Source: Stegostoma tigrinum
Lineage: Eukaryota
Assembly (NCBI RefSeq): GCF_030684315.1
Contig: NC_081392.1
Location: 744,001-808,000 of the forward strand
Direction: 5' to 3'
Length of the DNA stretch: 64,000 bases
Shown here: positions 13,954-26,127 of the stretch, one piece after another
Numbering within the stretch: the first letter of the stretch is position 1
Layout of the letters: each line of letters opens with the position of its first letter
Made by a program: the position numbers and the translations under genes
The notes under the pieces: generated by a model
Seen by the model: the letters and a program-made list of their open reading frames with translations, nothing else
The model's database searches: none
Told to the model about the DNA's origin: nothing

Positions 13954-14121
13954 GTGAGTTCCTCTTATTTCTAGTGTATCTCTCAGGCGGTTGATGATTA
14001 GTTTAAAATCTGTCCACGATAGCGTTTGACTCTTGAATATTCTCTTCTAAACGACACAAATCTTCTCAATTGGAAAGAGGTATTTCTGGCGACTGTTCAT
14101 GATTTAGAATTGATCATTGTG

Positions 14122-14169
14122 CAGGAAGCATCGTTTATTTCGGCGAAGGAACAAAGTTAACAGTTTTGG
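14122..14169 (+). CDS. TRBJ: J-beta 2 (GSIVYFGEGTKLTVL)
   Basis: FGxGT motif. Heptamer CATTGTG at 14115-14121, nonamer TGTTCATGA at 12 bp. Donor G|GTAAG. Confidence 0.95.
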
Positions 14170-14687
14170 GTAAGGTTTCTGTGCCTCTGTTAACTAAACA
14201 TAAATCTATACAATTGCTTATGTGTCAGGCTTTTAAATATATGTCGACGACTAGTTGTTTAGACTAAACTTGTATTCTCTCGATTTAAAAGCATCCGTGG
14301 TTTCATATAACCTATGCGTTTAAGTTTTCGTAGAATTGTTAGCGAGAAACTATTTAGTCTAATCCAACTGAGTCAAGAACAATTGAACTTCGAGCCAGAT
14401 TTGAAGTGAATGTAAAAAAAAGTAGCGGGAGACATGAAAATCTCTTCCCAGAAACCTGTTGGGCCTATTTCAATATAGTACGTGATTCGAAGTATTGAGG
14501 GTTAGTGAAACCAAGGCTTGAGATACAAAGCGTCAATAATTTGAATGACTGATGAGGCAGCTTAGAAAGTTGAATGGCCGCTACATGGCCTACATTCCTT
14601 ACCGATCATTGATTTCGTTAATGTTCCAAAAATAAAACTAACGAGCCAGACGTGAGGAGGATTTTGCTTTCGGTTCATACCATTGTG

Positions 14688-14737
14688 TTCTGCTGGTGAG
14701 GCTTACTTCGGAAGAGGGACAAAATTGACCGTTTTAG
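14688..14737 (+). CDS. TRBJ: J-beta 3 (SAGEAYFGRGTKLTVL)
   Basis: FGxGT motif. Heptamer CATTGTG at 14681-14687, nonamer-like GGATTTTGC at 12-13 bp. Donor G|GTAAG. Confidence 0.95.
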
Positions 14738-15901
14738 GTAAGTGAATATATTCCTAATACTGGAAAGTGTTGGTTCACTTCTTGAACTCTTACTGCTGAT
14801 TAAGGGAATGAAATTATAGGAAGTCGGTGAAAACAGGGCATCAACAGAATGGTCAGTAATAATTCCAGCTGAGAATTCCAGTGAAAACTCCTTTCCAGAG
14901 AGTGCTGATAAAGTGTCACCTCCGGGAATGAGTTGAGGTGAGTAGCCCAGATGCAGTCATAGGAAAACACATGAAGGAAAAAGGAACAGAAACCTATTCT
15001 AAGATAATAAGGTGTAGAGCTGGATGAACACAGCAGGCCAAGCAGCATCAGAGGAACAGGAAAGCTGACGTTTCGGGTCTAGACCCTTCTTTAGAAATGT
15101 TTTCCAGCATCGGTAGTTCCTACTATCTCAGAAAACTGTTCTATGACATCGCCATTGTCTAACCGAGGTCAGGGGTTACTACCATTTGGAGACAATCTAT
15201 TGTAAAATTACTATTTGAATTCGATAGTGTTGTTAAGTTGTATCTGTACACTTTAAGGTGTCTATTGTCTAAGGAAACATTTCTCTTAGTCCAGAAAACT
15301 ACCGGAGCTAAAAGAGTTGCATTCCATCGAGAGGTTCCTAAGCTTGGTTTGGCTATCATTTTAAATATCGAACATTAAGGGATGTCCCGACTGATGTCTT
15401 TAAAATTCTGTAGGATTAGATTACATGTATAACAATAAGCTATTTTCTTTGCTTTGGCGAATACTGAATGATGCGTTAAACTTTAAAATTGGTATGGAAT
15501 CTTTCAAGAATGATATCATGCTTTTCTGATTAACGCGGAGTCTGCTGAAATTCTAGATGTGTAATCCCGAGAAAATTGTTAAAACAGGAGGGATTTAGTG
15601 ATAAGGCTGTTGTGAGTGAACTAGCCGAATCTGTAACAGATTGAATATATTGGCATTAAAGTTATGGAACTTTGTCCAAAATGGATAAATTACATCAGAT
15701 TTGAGATAAGCCGAATTACATGTTGGAGCAAAGTCGATTGACTGAATGTACCCGCTCCCTCTTCCTATAATGCCTTCGTCCTCATGATCCCATTCTCCTT
15801 TGGTGGCGTGTTCCTCTCCCCTTACTGGTTCACATGCAAGTTCCCCAGGAAAACTAATCGTAGGCACCTGAGATGTTTTTAAATAGGCATTAACCCCTGT
15901 G

Positions 15902-15949
15902 CTGCTGACAAGTACTATTTCGGAGCTGGAACTAAAGTGACTGTTTTAG
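15902..15949 (+). CDS. TRBJ: J-beta 4 (ADKYYFGAGTKVTVL)
   Basis: FGxGT motif. Heptamer CCCTGTG at 15895-15901, nonamer TGTTTTTAA at 12 bp. Donor G|GTAAG. Confidence 0.95.
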
Positions 15950-16161
15950 GTAAGTTCATATTTATAAGTATATTCCTAAAAAACAGTAGGCTAAATTAAA
16001 ATATCTGTGGATCTACCTTTATATGTATCTACCTGTCTGTCTTTCTATAATTCAGACACTCTGCCTGTTTGCGTAAGTATCGTTATCTATCTATCAGAAT
16101 ACACGTTTTAGTACCTCTGTTTAGAGACCACGGATTTCTTGTACTATAGTTTATCAAAGTG

Positions 16162-16212
16162 ATTCTAACAACCCTCTGCATTTTGGGGACGGGACGATTT
16201 TAACTGTTTTGG
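16162..16212 (+). CDS. TRBJ: J-beta 5 (SNNPLHFGDGTILTVL)
   Basis: FGxGT motif. Heptamer CAAAGTG at 16155-16161, nonamer ATTTCTTGT at 12 bp. Donor G|GTGAGT. Confidence 0.94.
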
Positions 16213-16532
16213 GTGAGTTCGACTTCTATTTTTGCATCAAAGTTAGAGTGGTGTGTTTTAAACAGAATTGAACGACTATTTACGAGTAAATAAGGGAAAA
16301 TTTTTCAATACTGTCAGGACTGTAATCTTAGACAAGAGACATGCAGATCCATAGGTCGGGGGACAGGTCTATTAAGAAAGATACTTGGAAACTTCCTGGT
16401 AAATTAATGAGCTTAGATCAAACCTGCTGTTACCTTTTGTTATCTACAACCCTTTACCAAAGATTTGGGATGTGGTGAAATTTTGCCCAGAGACTGTTGT
16501 GAACTGTTTTTGTGGTGTGATATGTTGGCGTG

Positions 16533-16590
16533 GGAGCAAGTAACAGTCAACCCTTGCATTTTGGACTTGGCACGAAGTTGATCGTTCTCG
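16533..16590 (+). CDS. TRBJ: J-beta 6 (GASNSQPLHFGLGTKLIVL)
   Basis: FGxGT motif, which explains ORF 16530..16760. Heptamer TGGCGTG at 16526-16532, nonamer TGTTTTTGT at 16505-16513. Donor G|GTAAG. Confidence 0.94.
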
Positions 16591-18031
16591 GTAAGTTATT
16601 GGTCAACAGCATCCCATATCAAATGCGCATCAATCGGTTTGCTCAATCGGCAGGACAGCTAGTTAGAAAAGCGATAAATGCGAGTTCAATTCCTGCTTCG
16701 GGTGAGGTTGCCAAAAAGAACTCTCTCTTAAAAAGAACATTTCTAATCACCCTGAATTAAATGTCATTGTATACCTCCGGAGCAAATGGGATTTGAACCG
16801 GATCACCTAGCTCAGAGGTGGGCGCATTACCACTGTGCTAAAACAGCCCTTTCCAAACTGTTTCTTCTCAACCTAACCCCTGATCGCAGCCGTGGAGGCT
16901 CCTGTTAAAACATTGCCTGTCGTTTCGCTCTAATCAGGGAGCAGGATATGGTGACTACCGCTTTAATCTTTTAGATAAGTATTGAAACTCTCGACTTATT
17001 CATTCTAATCAATTTAAAGATAGGGCAGAAACAATGAAATTTAGAAGGCTTTACATTTTCTTTAAATAGCAAATACGCCAACTAATTTAACATAAGGGAG
17101 AATTTGTATGGATATTGAAGGAAAACGAATAAGACATAAGCAGGCATTTCACATTTAAGACATGTTCACAGAATGCATAAGAATGAATTAAGCAGTGGTT
17201 CCTCCAGTTTCTCCCACAGCTCATCATTAAAATTAACATGTCGTTGATTGAAATATATTCTACGCCATATTCCTTACAACTTCATAGTTCAAAAATCCGT
17301 CTGAACAACATTGAATATAATGATTTAACCTCCAGAGCTCTCTAGGAAGAGAAGTCCAAAGATATGCCAACCTACGAGAGAAGGAATCAATCTTCATCTC
17401 CGTTTAAAATGGGTAGCCACTAATTCGGAATTATGCCTCAAGGGTTCTAGATTACCCATATGGAGAAACATCATCAGCATCGTCCTGTCAAGTCCCATTT
17501 AAAATTTCATAGATCTTAATAAAATCCCTTCCCATATTCTCAAATTCCAGCTATAGTACAATTTCTTTTCAGCGACTATGTATGCCACTGACTGGACCAT
17601 CCTGTGTTGACCATCCTGAAGTGACCTTGAACTGAGTAGCATCTTCTGGCCATTTCAGAGGAAGGTTATTGTCGAGCAAATTTCTGTTGATCTGTATACA
17701 TATCTATGCCAGACCAGATAAGGATGAGAGATTTCTTTCCATGAAGGATACTAGTGGCTCAAGCGGCTACTGACAAAACTAAGCAATGGTTGCATATTTA
17801 TCATTAGACTAGCTTATAATTTCAGGTTTTATTTAAATAAAGCTGCATGAGGATGATAAATTAGAGACATAAAGCAGTAGGAAAGACTCAAAGCCCAGGC
17901 TAACTCTACAGCACCAGAGGATAAAGAGTTATACGTTAGAATAACACAATATATAATTACTAAATAAGTTCATGAACTAACCTGTAAAAACAACAGAGTC
18001 AAGAGTTTTCATACAAACATGTAATGCTGTG

Positions 18032-18083
18032 TCAGGAATTTATGACTATACATTTGGTGTTGGTTCAAAACTTGTGGTGTGAG
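18032..18083 (+). pseudogene. TRBJ: J-beta 7, nonsense codon in last position (SGIYDYTFGVGSKLVV*)
   Basis: FGxG motif. 12-RSS: AGTTTTCAT, 12-bp spacer, TGCTGTG at 18025-18031. Intact donor G|GTAAG but TGA at 18080-18082. Confidence 0.88.
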
Positions 18084-20649
18084 GTAAGTGATATAGAGTC
18101 AAGTTGGCTCTTCACAGCGAAGTAGCATAAGAGAATATTGTCTTATTAAAATCCAAAGAACGTTGAAGGCTAAATGCACGGCCAAGTGCATAATATGTGA
18201 ACATAATCAAAGCCATATATTCATGCTCAGATTCCAACATTGTATGCTTCCAAATACTAAAATCAAAATTTGCTGAACCAAATTCAATTTTCAGCATTTT
18301 AACTGACATGAACTAACTGCCCTGAATGTTAGAAGCTGATTGTGATACCTTTGTTCTAAATGTTCCTACAATAATTTAATGTGATGCTAGTTGTGAGGCA
18401 GAAAGACAACTAGATCACAAAAATGTCTGGAGGTTTAGACTGAAACATTGCTGAAGGTTAAAAGCACACAAAATGGTGAAGGGTTTACAAAGTTATGAAA
18501 GGAAGTTAGACCTAACTTTCATAAATCACTGGATAGACCCCTGCTGAAATAATGTATCTAGTTGCAGATATCACGTAGAAAGATGTCAGAAGGTTGCATA
18601 GAAGATTCATTTAAATGCTTCCAAGGATGAGCAAATATATTTCAGTGTCCATACCAGAGAAATTGGGAATGTTATTCTTAGTGTTTAGATGAAGTTTAGA
18701 TTAAAGTTTCAAAAATAATGTAGACTTTGGTGCATAAAATAACGGGAGACAGTTTCCATCAGTAAAGGTATCTGTAGTTTAAGGTAATTTAGTGAAATTG
18801 TAAAGCATGGTTTTCCGACAGCACATTGTTGTGATCTGGAAACTTTTACATAAAAGGGACATGGAAGCAAATTGAATTGCAATATTCAAAAGAAAAATTG
18901 AATGAAAAAGATTGCTTCTAGCAAGCAAGAAAGCCACCAATTAATGGTTATATATTCACAAACATTAAAGAAATATTCGCAGCAGCATTTAGGAGGTTAT
19001 TTATAAACTAATATTGAATACATTCAGAACTGACTGAAGAGGAAGTGAAAATTCACTATGAATAGGCTTGAATGGGATTTGTCTAAAACTGAATCATAGG
19101 AACATATGATGTATAGCAGGACATTAACTCATTCAATCTGTTTTACCATTCAATAATATCATAGCCAATTTGTACCCTAAGTTCAAATATACTTGCCCCA
19201 ATACCTGAATAATATTTTTTGACGATAACAATTAGCCTGAGAATTAAACCTTTCAAAAGATATTTGAACATTTGAATTTTATCCTTGCATCATCCTTTGC
19301 CTATAGAAATGTTTCCCAAATTCACGCCTGAGAGCTCTGAACCCCAAAGACTAGATTATAATCCATGAGTGCGAAAGTGCCCAATCTGCAGAACTACTTC
19401 ATCTCTATCAAGTATGTCAGTCAGTTAATTATGAGCTCTTTAGTTTTATAAAGTCTAGTTATCAAAATGCTACTTAGAAAAATCCTTCTTTGTAAGGTAA
19501 CATTTGAAGTACAGATATAATTTAAAGAAGATAAGCAAAGGAAGTTTTTATTTTAACACTGGGACGCAAGTGCCTGGAAAAGGCCACCAAGGAAAGTGAC
19601 AGAAGCAGATGCATGAGCAAAGTTTAAAAGGCATTTACACAGACATATGAACAGGCAGGGAATGGAGGGATACAAACCATGTACAGGCAGATGGAGTTAG
19701 TTTAGACTAGTATCATGGCCAGCACAGATATGGTGCGCCAGAGGACCGGTTCCTGTGCTGTCCTGTTCTATGTGCTGTATTTCTAATCGATCAACTGCAG
19801 TCCCTTGAATGCAAATAAGCATTGTGATGACTGAGTAGGCAGAGTGAATTGTAATTAAATTAGCTACATAAAAAAGCACAATGAAAGGTTAAGAAATGGT
19901 AAATTGAAAGCAAAAGGGCAAAAAAATCGAAAAATAATGAAAAATGTAAACCGTTTAGAATTCATTTAATTAAAATTTCCAAAAGCAATTTACCATCATT
20001 AGTAATGAGATACAACAACAAGCAATGGATACATTTATGGCCTAGAGACATAGGCTAGGATTGCCTTAAGAAATATCACTTTAAAAATATTGATTTCAGT
20101 GCTGGTTTAATCAATATGATAGTGTATTGTAAAGTTTTGTGATATTGTGAATTGTAAAATTGTAGTATTTTGTAATGTTTTGTATTGTAATGGCCAGTTA
20201 CTCTCCAGCAGTCAAATCACAAATGAGAAAATTATAAATCTCAATGCAGTTCTTAAAAATATAGATGTATAGTACTATTCTTAGCTAAACAAACAAAAAC
20301 GCACCAGAAAATCGAAGTTAGGAATTTATAATAGGAATGCTGACTGCACATGATTTAGGCTTTAGCAGAGACATCAGGGCTGAGAGGAGAATATTTTAAC
20401 ATAGAATTATAGCAGCTAGGAGTGAAATCCAAAAGCATTGTTTCACAGAAATCACAATCGAATCTGAATGCCTTCTCTATAAAAGGTCAGTGAATACAAA
20501 AAGTACTTTGAACTTTTAAGATTGAGATTGATAGCATGTAGGTATCAAGGGATGTTGCAAATTGTGTTCTGGCTCTAGGAACTGAAAGGCATTCCAGCTC
20601 AACAACCTGTGAATTAATAGATTTTTTTCAGAGATGAGTGTTTAATGTG

Positions 20650-20708
20650 GTACTACAGCAACAACAGTCTATTATATTGCGGTGAAGGCATTAAATTGAC
20701 AATTGTGG
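20650..20708 (+). pseudogene. TRBJ: Decayed J-beta 8 (YYSNNSLLYCGEGIKLTIV)
   Basis: CGEGI in place of FGEGT, with a KLTIV tail. Heptamer TAATGTG at 20643-20649 and a T-rich nonamer at 12 bp. Donor GT replaced by CT. Confidence 0.75.
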
Positions 20709-21689
20709 CTAGGAAATCTAAATATATTATTGGTTCCTAAAAAAATTGCTAAGATATTCTTTATATAATACTATACCTCCAAGTTCTCCCAACTGAAAAG
20801 TATCACCTCAAACTTCATCTAACAACTATTCAGCCACTACACCAATTTGTCTGTATCCTTCCTCACAGTTCACATGATCTGCAATTGTTGAAGTTTCCTC
20901 CTGTGTCTCAATCATTTATATATACATCAGTGAAAAGAAGAGGACTGTGATGAATGGCCAGAAAACATTGGAATTATAGAAGCCTTGCAGCACAGAAAGA
21001 GGCCATTTGGCCCATCAAGTCTATACTGACCTCCAAAGAGCATCCCACCCAGATCCAGCCCTCCACTCTATCCCATGATTACGTATATCATGGCTAATCC
21101 ACCCAACCTGCAGATTCTCAAACACTACAGGGCAATTAAATGTGGTCAATCCACCCAACCACCACATCTTTTGGACTATTGGAGTAAAACAGAGCAGCTG
21201 GCAGGAAAACGTAAAAACTCCAGACATTTGCCCAAGCCTGGAATCTGGTCCTCAACCAGCATTTTTGTTACCTCTTCAAAAGCCTCCAACACATTAATTA
21301 AAAATAATTTTCCCTAAAGAAATTCATGTTAACTCTTCCTAAGCAATTACATTTTATAAATGTAACCTGTAATTTGTTCCAATTTCTTGTTTTTGCATTT
21401 TTCCCCAACACAGAAGATAAGCTAGCTGGCTTGTAGTTGTTTGGCTTTTCCTAATGCACTTTTTATAAAAAATAATTTGTCTTTTCAAAAATATGCTCTT
21501 GGATTTATCTCCATCACCAAGTCAGGCAGATCTTATTTTGTAATTTTTGTTGAATTCTCCAATCTTCCATCACCACCCTACATCAAAGAACAATAGAAAG
21601 GAGACCAGGGTCTCCTGAATTTGCACTCTCTCTTCACATAATATGTTCCAATGCACATCATCTGCCCTCGGTGCCTGGGAAACTTAAAA

Positions 21690-22012
21690 GCCGGGTGTCT
21701 AACATCACTGTTTCACTGCACCAGAGACCTGGGTTTTATTCTAACCTCAGGCGACTGTCTGTGTGGAGTTTGCACATTCTTCCCATGTCTATGTGGGCTT
21801 CCTCTGGGTGCTCCGGTTTCTTCCCATAGTCCAAAGATGTGCAGGATTGGTGGATTGGCTATGCTATATTGCCCATTGTGTCCAGAATGTTCAGGTTAAG
21901 TGGGTTAGACATGGGAAAAGCAGTGATAGGGGAATGTGTCTGGGTGGGATGCTCTTCAGAGGGGTGGTGTGGACCTGTTGGCCAAATGGCCTGTTTTCAC
22001 ATGATTCCATGA
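21690..22012 (+). mobile_element. HE1-like SINE
   Basis: Same core as the 2541 copy. Further copies at about 1-180(-), 10285-10492(-), 20975-21258(-), 23870-24163(-), 31511-31862(+), 32370-32715(+), 58445-58636(-). Confidence 0.75.
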
Positions 22013-23277
22013 ATATAATATAATTCTCAATTGTATATTCTGTTTCACAACAGTTGTAAGAACACATTATGAGTTCTTCATAATAACTTGCATTTCTTTT
22101 ATCATCTAGTGAAGCCTGGCTTTTTTTGCTTTGCCTATTCCTTTCAATACATTAACGGTGCCTAACTTAGCTTTCCTATGAAAATAGCCCATTGTTTGGC
22201 TGCCAGGCTTCCCTGTCAACCTTTGGTTCTAATTTATGCCTTACAAATACATTCATTATTAAATGTCATTAAAATTGGCTTTCACAAATTAATTATTACT
22301 CCAAATTGTCATTTTCATTGTAACGTTAAACCTTATGATATAATGATCACAATCTCTTAAATGTTCTCCCGCTAACACTTGATTTTCTTGCCCACCTCAT
22401 TCTCAATAATCAAATCTGGCAGTCTGTTTCTTTCTAGTTTTACTGAAAACATTTTAACGTAGGAAATTCTCTTGACACACTATAGGAACTCTTAACCATC
22501 TCTGCCCTTTACACTAGAACCATCCTCATCTACATTCAGATAATTAATGCTCCGATTAATGCAGTGCTATAGTTTTCCTTAAATTTCCTTAAAAGTCTTT
22601 CCTTTCCAAATATCAGTGGATTACAGACCATAACATCTTTTTAAAGAGTGTATTTGATTTGACATGTATTGGCTGACTTGGTGATGGAAACAAATCTAAT
22701 AGTATTTTACAATAAATATATTTTATAAATGGCAAATTACTTGAATTTGGGGAATTTTGCCGTCCTGTGAGTTAAGGAGTCGGGGTTGGCAGGATTAATC
22801 CGTTATCTGTACTTGCTATCACATGACTGACCAAATAACATTTTCATTTACTGTAACAGTTTATGGTTACATTGCTGATCACAAGATGTAGAGAATAGCT
22901 ATGAACAGAATTGGAAATGTTATCTACAGAGCAAATGATGATTTGGTAAATTAATAATAGGTCTGACAAACATTCAAAAACAATTTCAAATTGATGGAAA
23001 ATATTTTGAGTTTGGGACAGAATTGCATTGCCAAACAAAGGATCTGATTTCAATTCTTACTGCTTTGATTGAAAGGTACAAAGAACACATACTGTGCAAA
23101 GAGATTCAGTGGTTTATTGCTAATAGGTAACTTGTTGACAAGAAAACAGACAGCACTATTTTGTATTTTACATTAAGCTATTTGTGCTATCTAAGAATTA
23201 TGCACTATTTAAAATTTGCAGATGATTTTATTTTCATCCATGTTCTTTTCAATTGTCATTGTCTAAATTCCACACAG

Positions 23278-23622
23278 AATATGATGTTAAGGATCCTGTC
23301 ATCACTATCTATGGACCCTCTCCAGAAGAGCTTAAAGTCAAAAAGAAGGCAACTATCGTATGCCTAGTAACTGCCTTCTATCCTGACAATATCAAAATCC
23401 TCTGGTTTCTTGATAACGCTGAATTATTGCCCACTGATGTGCGTGTTCAGACTGACCACAATTCCATGTTAGAAGATGGAAACAAATCTTACAGCATCAG
23501 CAGTCGGATCAGATTGTCGGTTAAAGATTGGGTCCGGTACGAAAATTTTGAGTGCAAAGTGGATCACTATCAACAAGGAACAGAAAAGAAAACAAAAACA
23601 GCAGCTTTACCCATCAAAGCTG
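23278..23622 (+). CDS. TRBC: C-beta exon 1 (Ig C1 domain)
   Basis: EYDVKDPVITIYGPSPEEL..KKATIVCLVTAFYPDNIKILW..SYSISSRIRLSVKDW..FECKVDHY, the TCR C-beta pattern (ATLVC, FYPD, SSRLR). Acceptor CAG at 23275-23277, donor G|GTAGG, phase 1. Confidence 0.97.
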
Positions 23623-24254
23623 GTAGGTGCTTGATTGTCCCTCATATAAATTTTAATTTTAGTTTCAAAGCAAGCAGGAATGTTGATTTGTATAGTGCCT
23701 ATTCTCTTATGAAGAAGTGAGCAATCAGTCAAATCTGTAGATTTAAATAAAATCTGGTTAAATAATTCAAAAAATATATATGTGGATTAATATAAAGGTA
23801 ATGGGAAACAGTGTTCTAAAATCTTGAAACAACAGCGGTCACATTGCAACAGACTGCAGACTCATGTACAACTAATGGAATCCCCACAGATTGGAAAGAA
23901 GCCATTTGGCCCAATTAACTCTCTGAAGAATATCTCACTCAGACCCAGACCCCACATTTGCCATGGCTAATTCAGTTAGCCTGCAAACTACAGGGAAACT
24001 TAGCATGGCTAATTTACCTAACCTGCAACTTTCAGACTATGGGAGGAAACCAAATCAGACACAGGGAGAATATGCAAACTCTGCAAAGTTATCCAAGGCT
24101 AAAATTGAACCCAGGTCATTGGCATTGTGAGACAGCAGTGCTAGCAAATGTTCCACCACGCCGCAATATGATAACATAATATGATTATGATAATCTGTAT
24201 CTACACAATAATTCCAGCAAGTACTCAGGTGCTTTTTCTTAAAATCTCTTTCAG

Positions 24255-24275
24255 AAATCTGCGGTACAAGTAAAG
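24255..24275 (+). CDS. TRBC: C-beta exon 2 (connecting peptide EICGTSK, interchain Cys)
   Basis: 21-nt exon, TTTCAG|...AAAG|GTAAG, phase 1-1. Matches the DCGFTS-type mini-exon. Confidence 0.92.
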
Positions 24276-25783
24276 GTAAGTAACTATATCCTTCTAAATG
24301 CTTCTGGACATTATGCTTTATGAAGAATATAAGCATTCATGAGGGATTGGATCCAGGAATAGAACTGTTAGTTACAAAGTTAGTCTGGAGAATCTAGAGT
24401 TGTTCTCTTTGTAATGAAGGTGATTGAAGCAATATTTGATTAAGGTGTATGAAAGACTACAAAGATTTTGATAATTTGAACAAAGAAAATCTGCTCTTTT
24501 AACTGACGATGCATGGTTCAAGGAACATGATTTTAGGATTTTTAATGAGAAATGCAGGGAGAATGTGAGACGTAATATTTTTATGTAGGAATGATGACAA
24601 ACTTGAACTCCTTGCCAATGTGGGTGGTGAAAGCCAAGACAATCAATTATTTCCAAAGGAAATTGGATGAGCACTTGGAGCAATAAAGTGAGGAAATCAG
24701 AAAGCTTGATTTCTTCTACAGTTCAATGTGCCAAATGGCATTTTTTGTCCATAACATCTACGACTTTAAATAGTCGCAGTGCATAAATGGCATTTATAAA
24801 TGTGCTATTGTAACAGATTTTTCATGCAAATAGTTTTTTCAACATTGGCAACTGCTGTTTCCCATTAAAAAAAATTGACACCAAGTTAATAGAATACCCT
24901 ATCATGAGGGAAATATGATTAGGCTTTCAAGATAAGTTTGGCCCATCAATATCCTTCTTAACTAACTCATTGGAACCTATAAGGGAGAAAAAACGCTTCA
25001 GGGTGGATTGAGTGAGTTGAATGGAATTACATTAGTCTTCTAACTGTGAGATTAGTTTAAATTTTTCATAGGAATAATAGGTGAACTGCTCTATCAAGAG
25101 GAAAAAAATCCATTGTGCCTTCCAGGACCATTTTACATCCCAATATACTTTATTGCAAGAGAAGTAAATTTGAAATGCAGCCACTGCAGCAATATAGGGA
25201 GTATAATAACAAATTTTCACCCAGCAAACTCCCAAAAACAGTAATGACCAGATAATTTGTTTTTGGTGAATCTGGTTGAGAGGTGTATGTTGTTCCAGGA
25301 CCCTTTGCAGAATGTAATCATGCTACTGGATGCTTGACATTTGCTCCAAAGGAAAGTAGGTCAATGAGTCAATGCTTTTGCACAAAAGTGCAGTTTTCTC
25401 TCTCTGCTGACACTGAGAGTAGGCCTTAAGTGACCCTAAGGGGAAAATGCTTTACATTGAAAAAAGTTATCATGGTTGACACAAGCTCTTAATTCATACA
25501 TTTCTGAGTTCCAAATTCAAATATTTTCTCACATTTAGATGTAAACGTTAGTGTGATTCCTATAGTGAATAAAAATATTCAGAATGTACTATTATACATC
25601 ATTGGAGAATAATTGATACAGAGATGTAGGGTAACGTCTTGCATCAAAGGAGAATGTATTCTATTTTACAGATTAACTTTACATTGGGAGTCTGAAATAA
25701 AAATACGATTCACTTGCTAAAAGAAACATCTTATTTTATGAAAACAGGTATTTTAACAATGTTTATTACAAATATCTTCACAG

Positions 25784-25890
25784 AAGACAAAATCCACAGC
25801 ATGGATGCAGGAAAATTGACGTACCTGATATTGACTTGCAAAAGTGTCTTTTATGGAATATTCATCTCAATAATTGCTTGGAAAACTAAG
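25784..25890 (+). CDS. TRBC: C-beta exon 3 (transmembrane, CART motif)
   Basis: EDKIHSMDAGKLTYLILTCKSVFYGIFISIIAWKTK with Y..L..K...Y including the charged TM lysine. Acceptor CAG at 25781-25783, donor AAG|GTAAAA. Confidence 0.95.
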
Positions 25891-26127
25891 GTAAAAATAA
25901 ACTCAGTAAATGTTTTAAAGTATGCATTCTAAGGCTCGGTTATTTGTAGTTCACTCATATAATTACTTAGAAATTATGTTTTAGAACAGTCCATTCTGTC
26001 TGCACAGTGCCTTCTACTGTTCGTGCACCATACGAACCTTGTCCGCTTCATCCAACCTGTGCAACATGATGCTCTGTTACTATGCACATGGATTTGTTTA
26101 TCTAGCCTGCACCATAACAGCATCCAT

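Noticed and set aside
16354-16370. GGGGGACAGG, resembling a second D-beta
   Set aside because: No heptamer or nonamer on either side.
16780-16845. tRNA-like A/B box sequence
   Set aside because: Degenerate SINE head with no full cloverleaf; a similar copy lies near 56000.
23623-23720. Extension of ORF 23253..23720 as a secreted C-beta tail
   Set aside because: Simple read-through past a good splice donor, with no supporting evidence.
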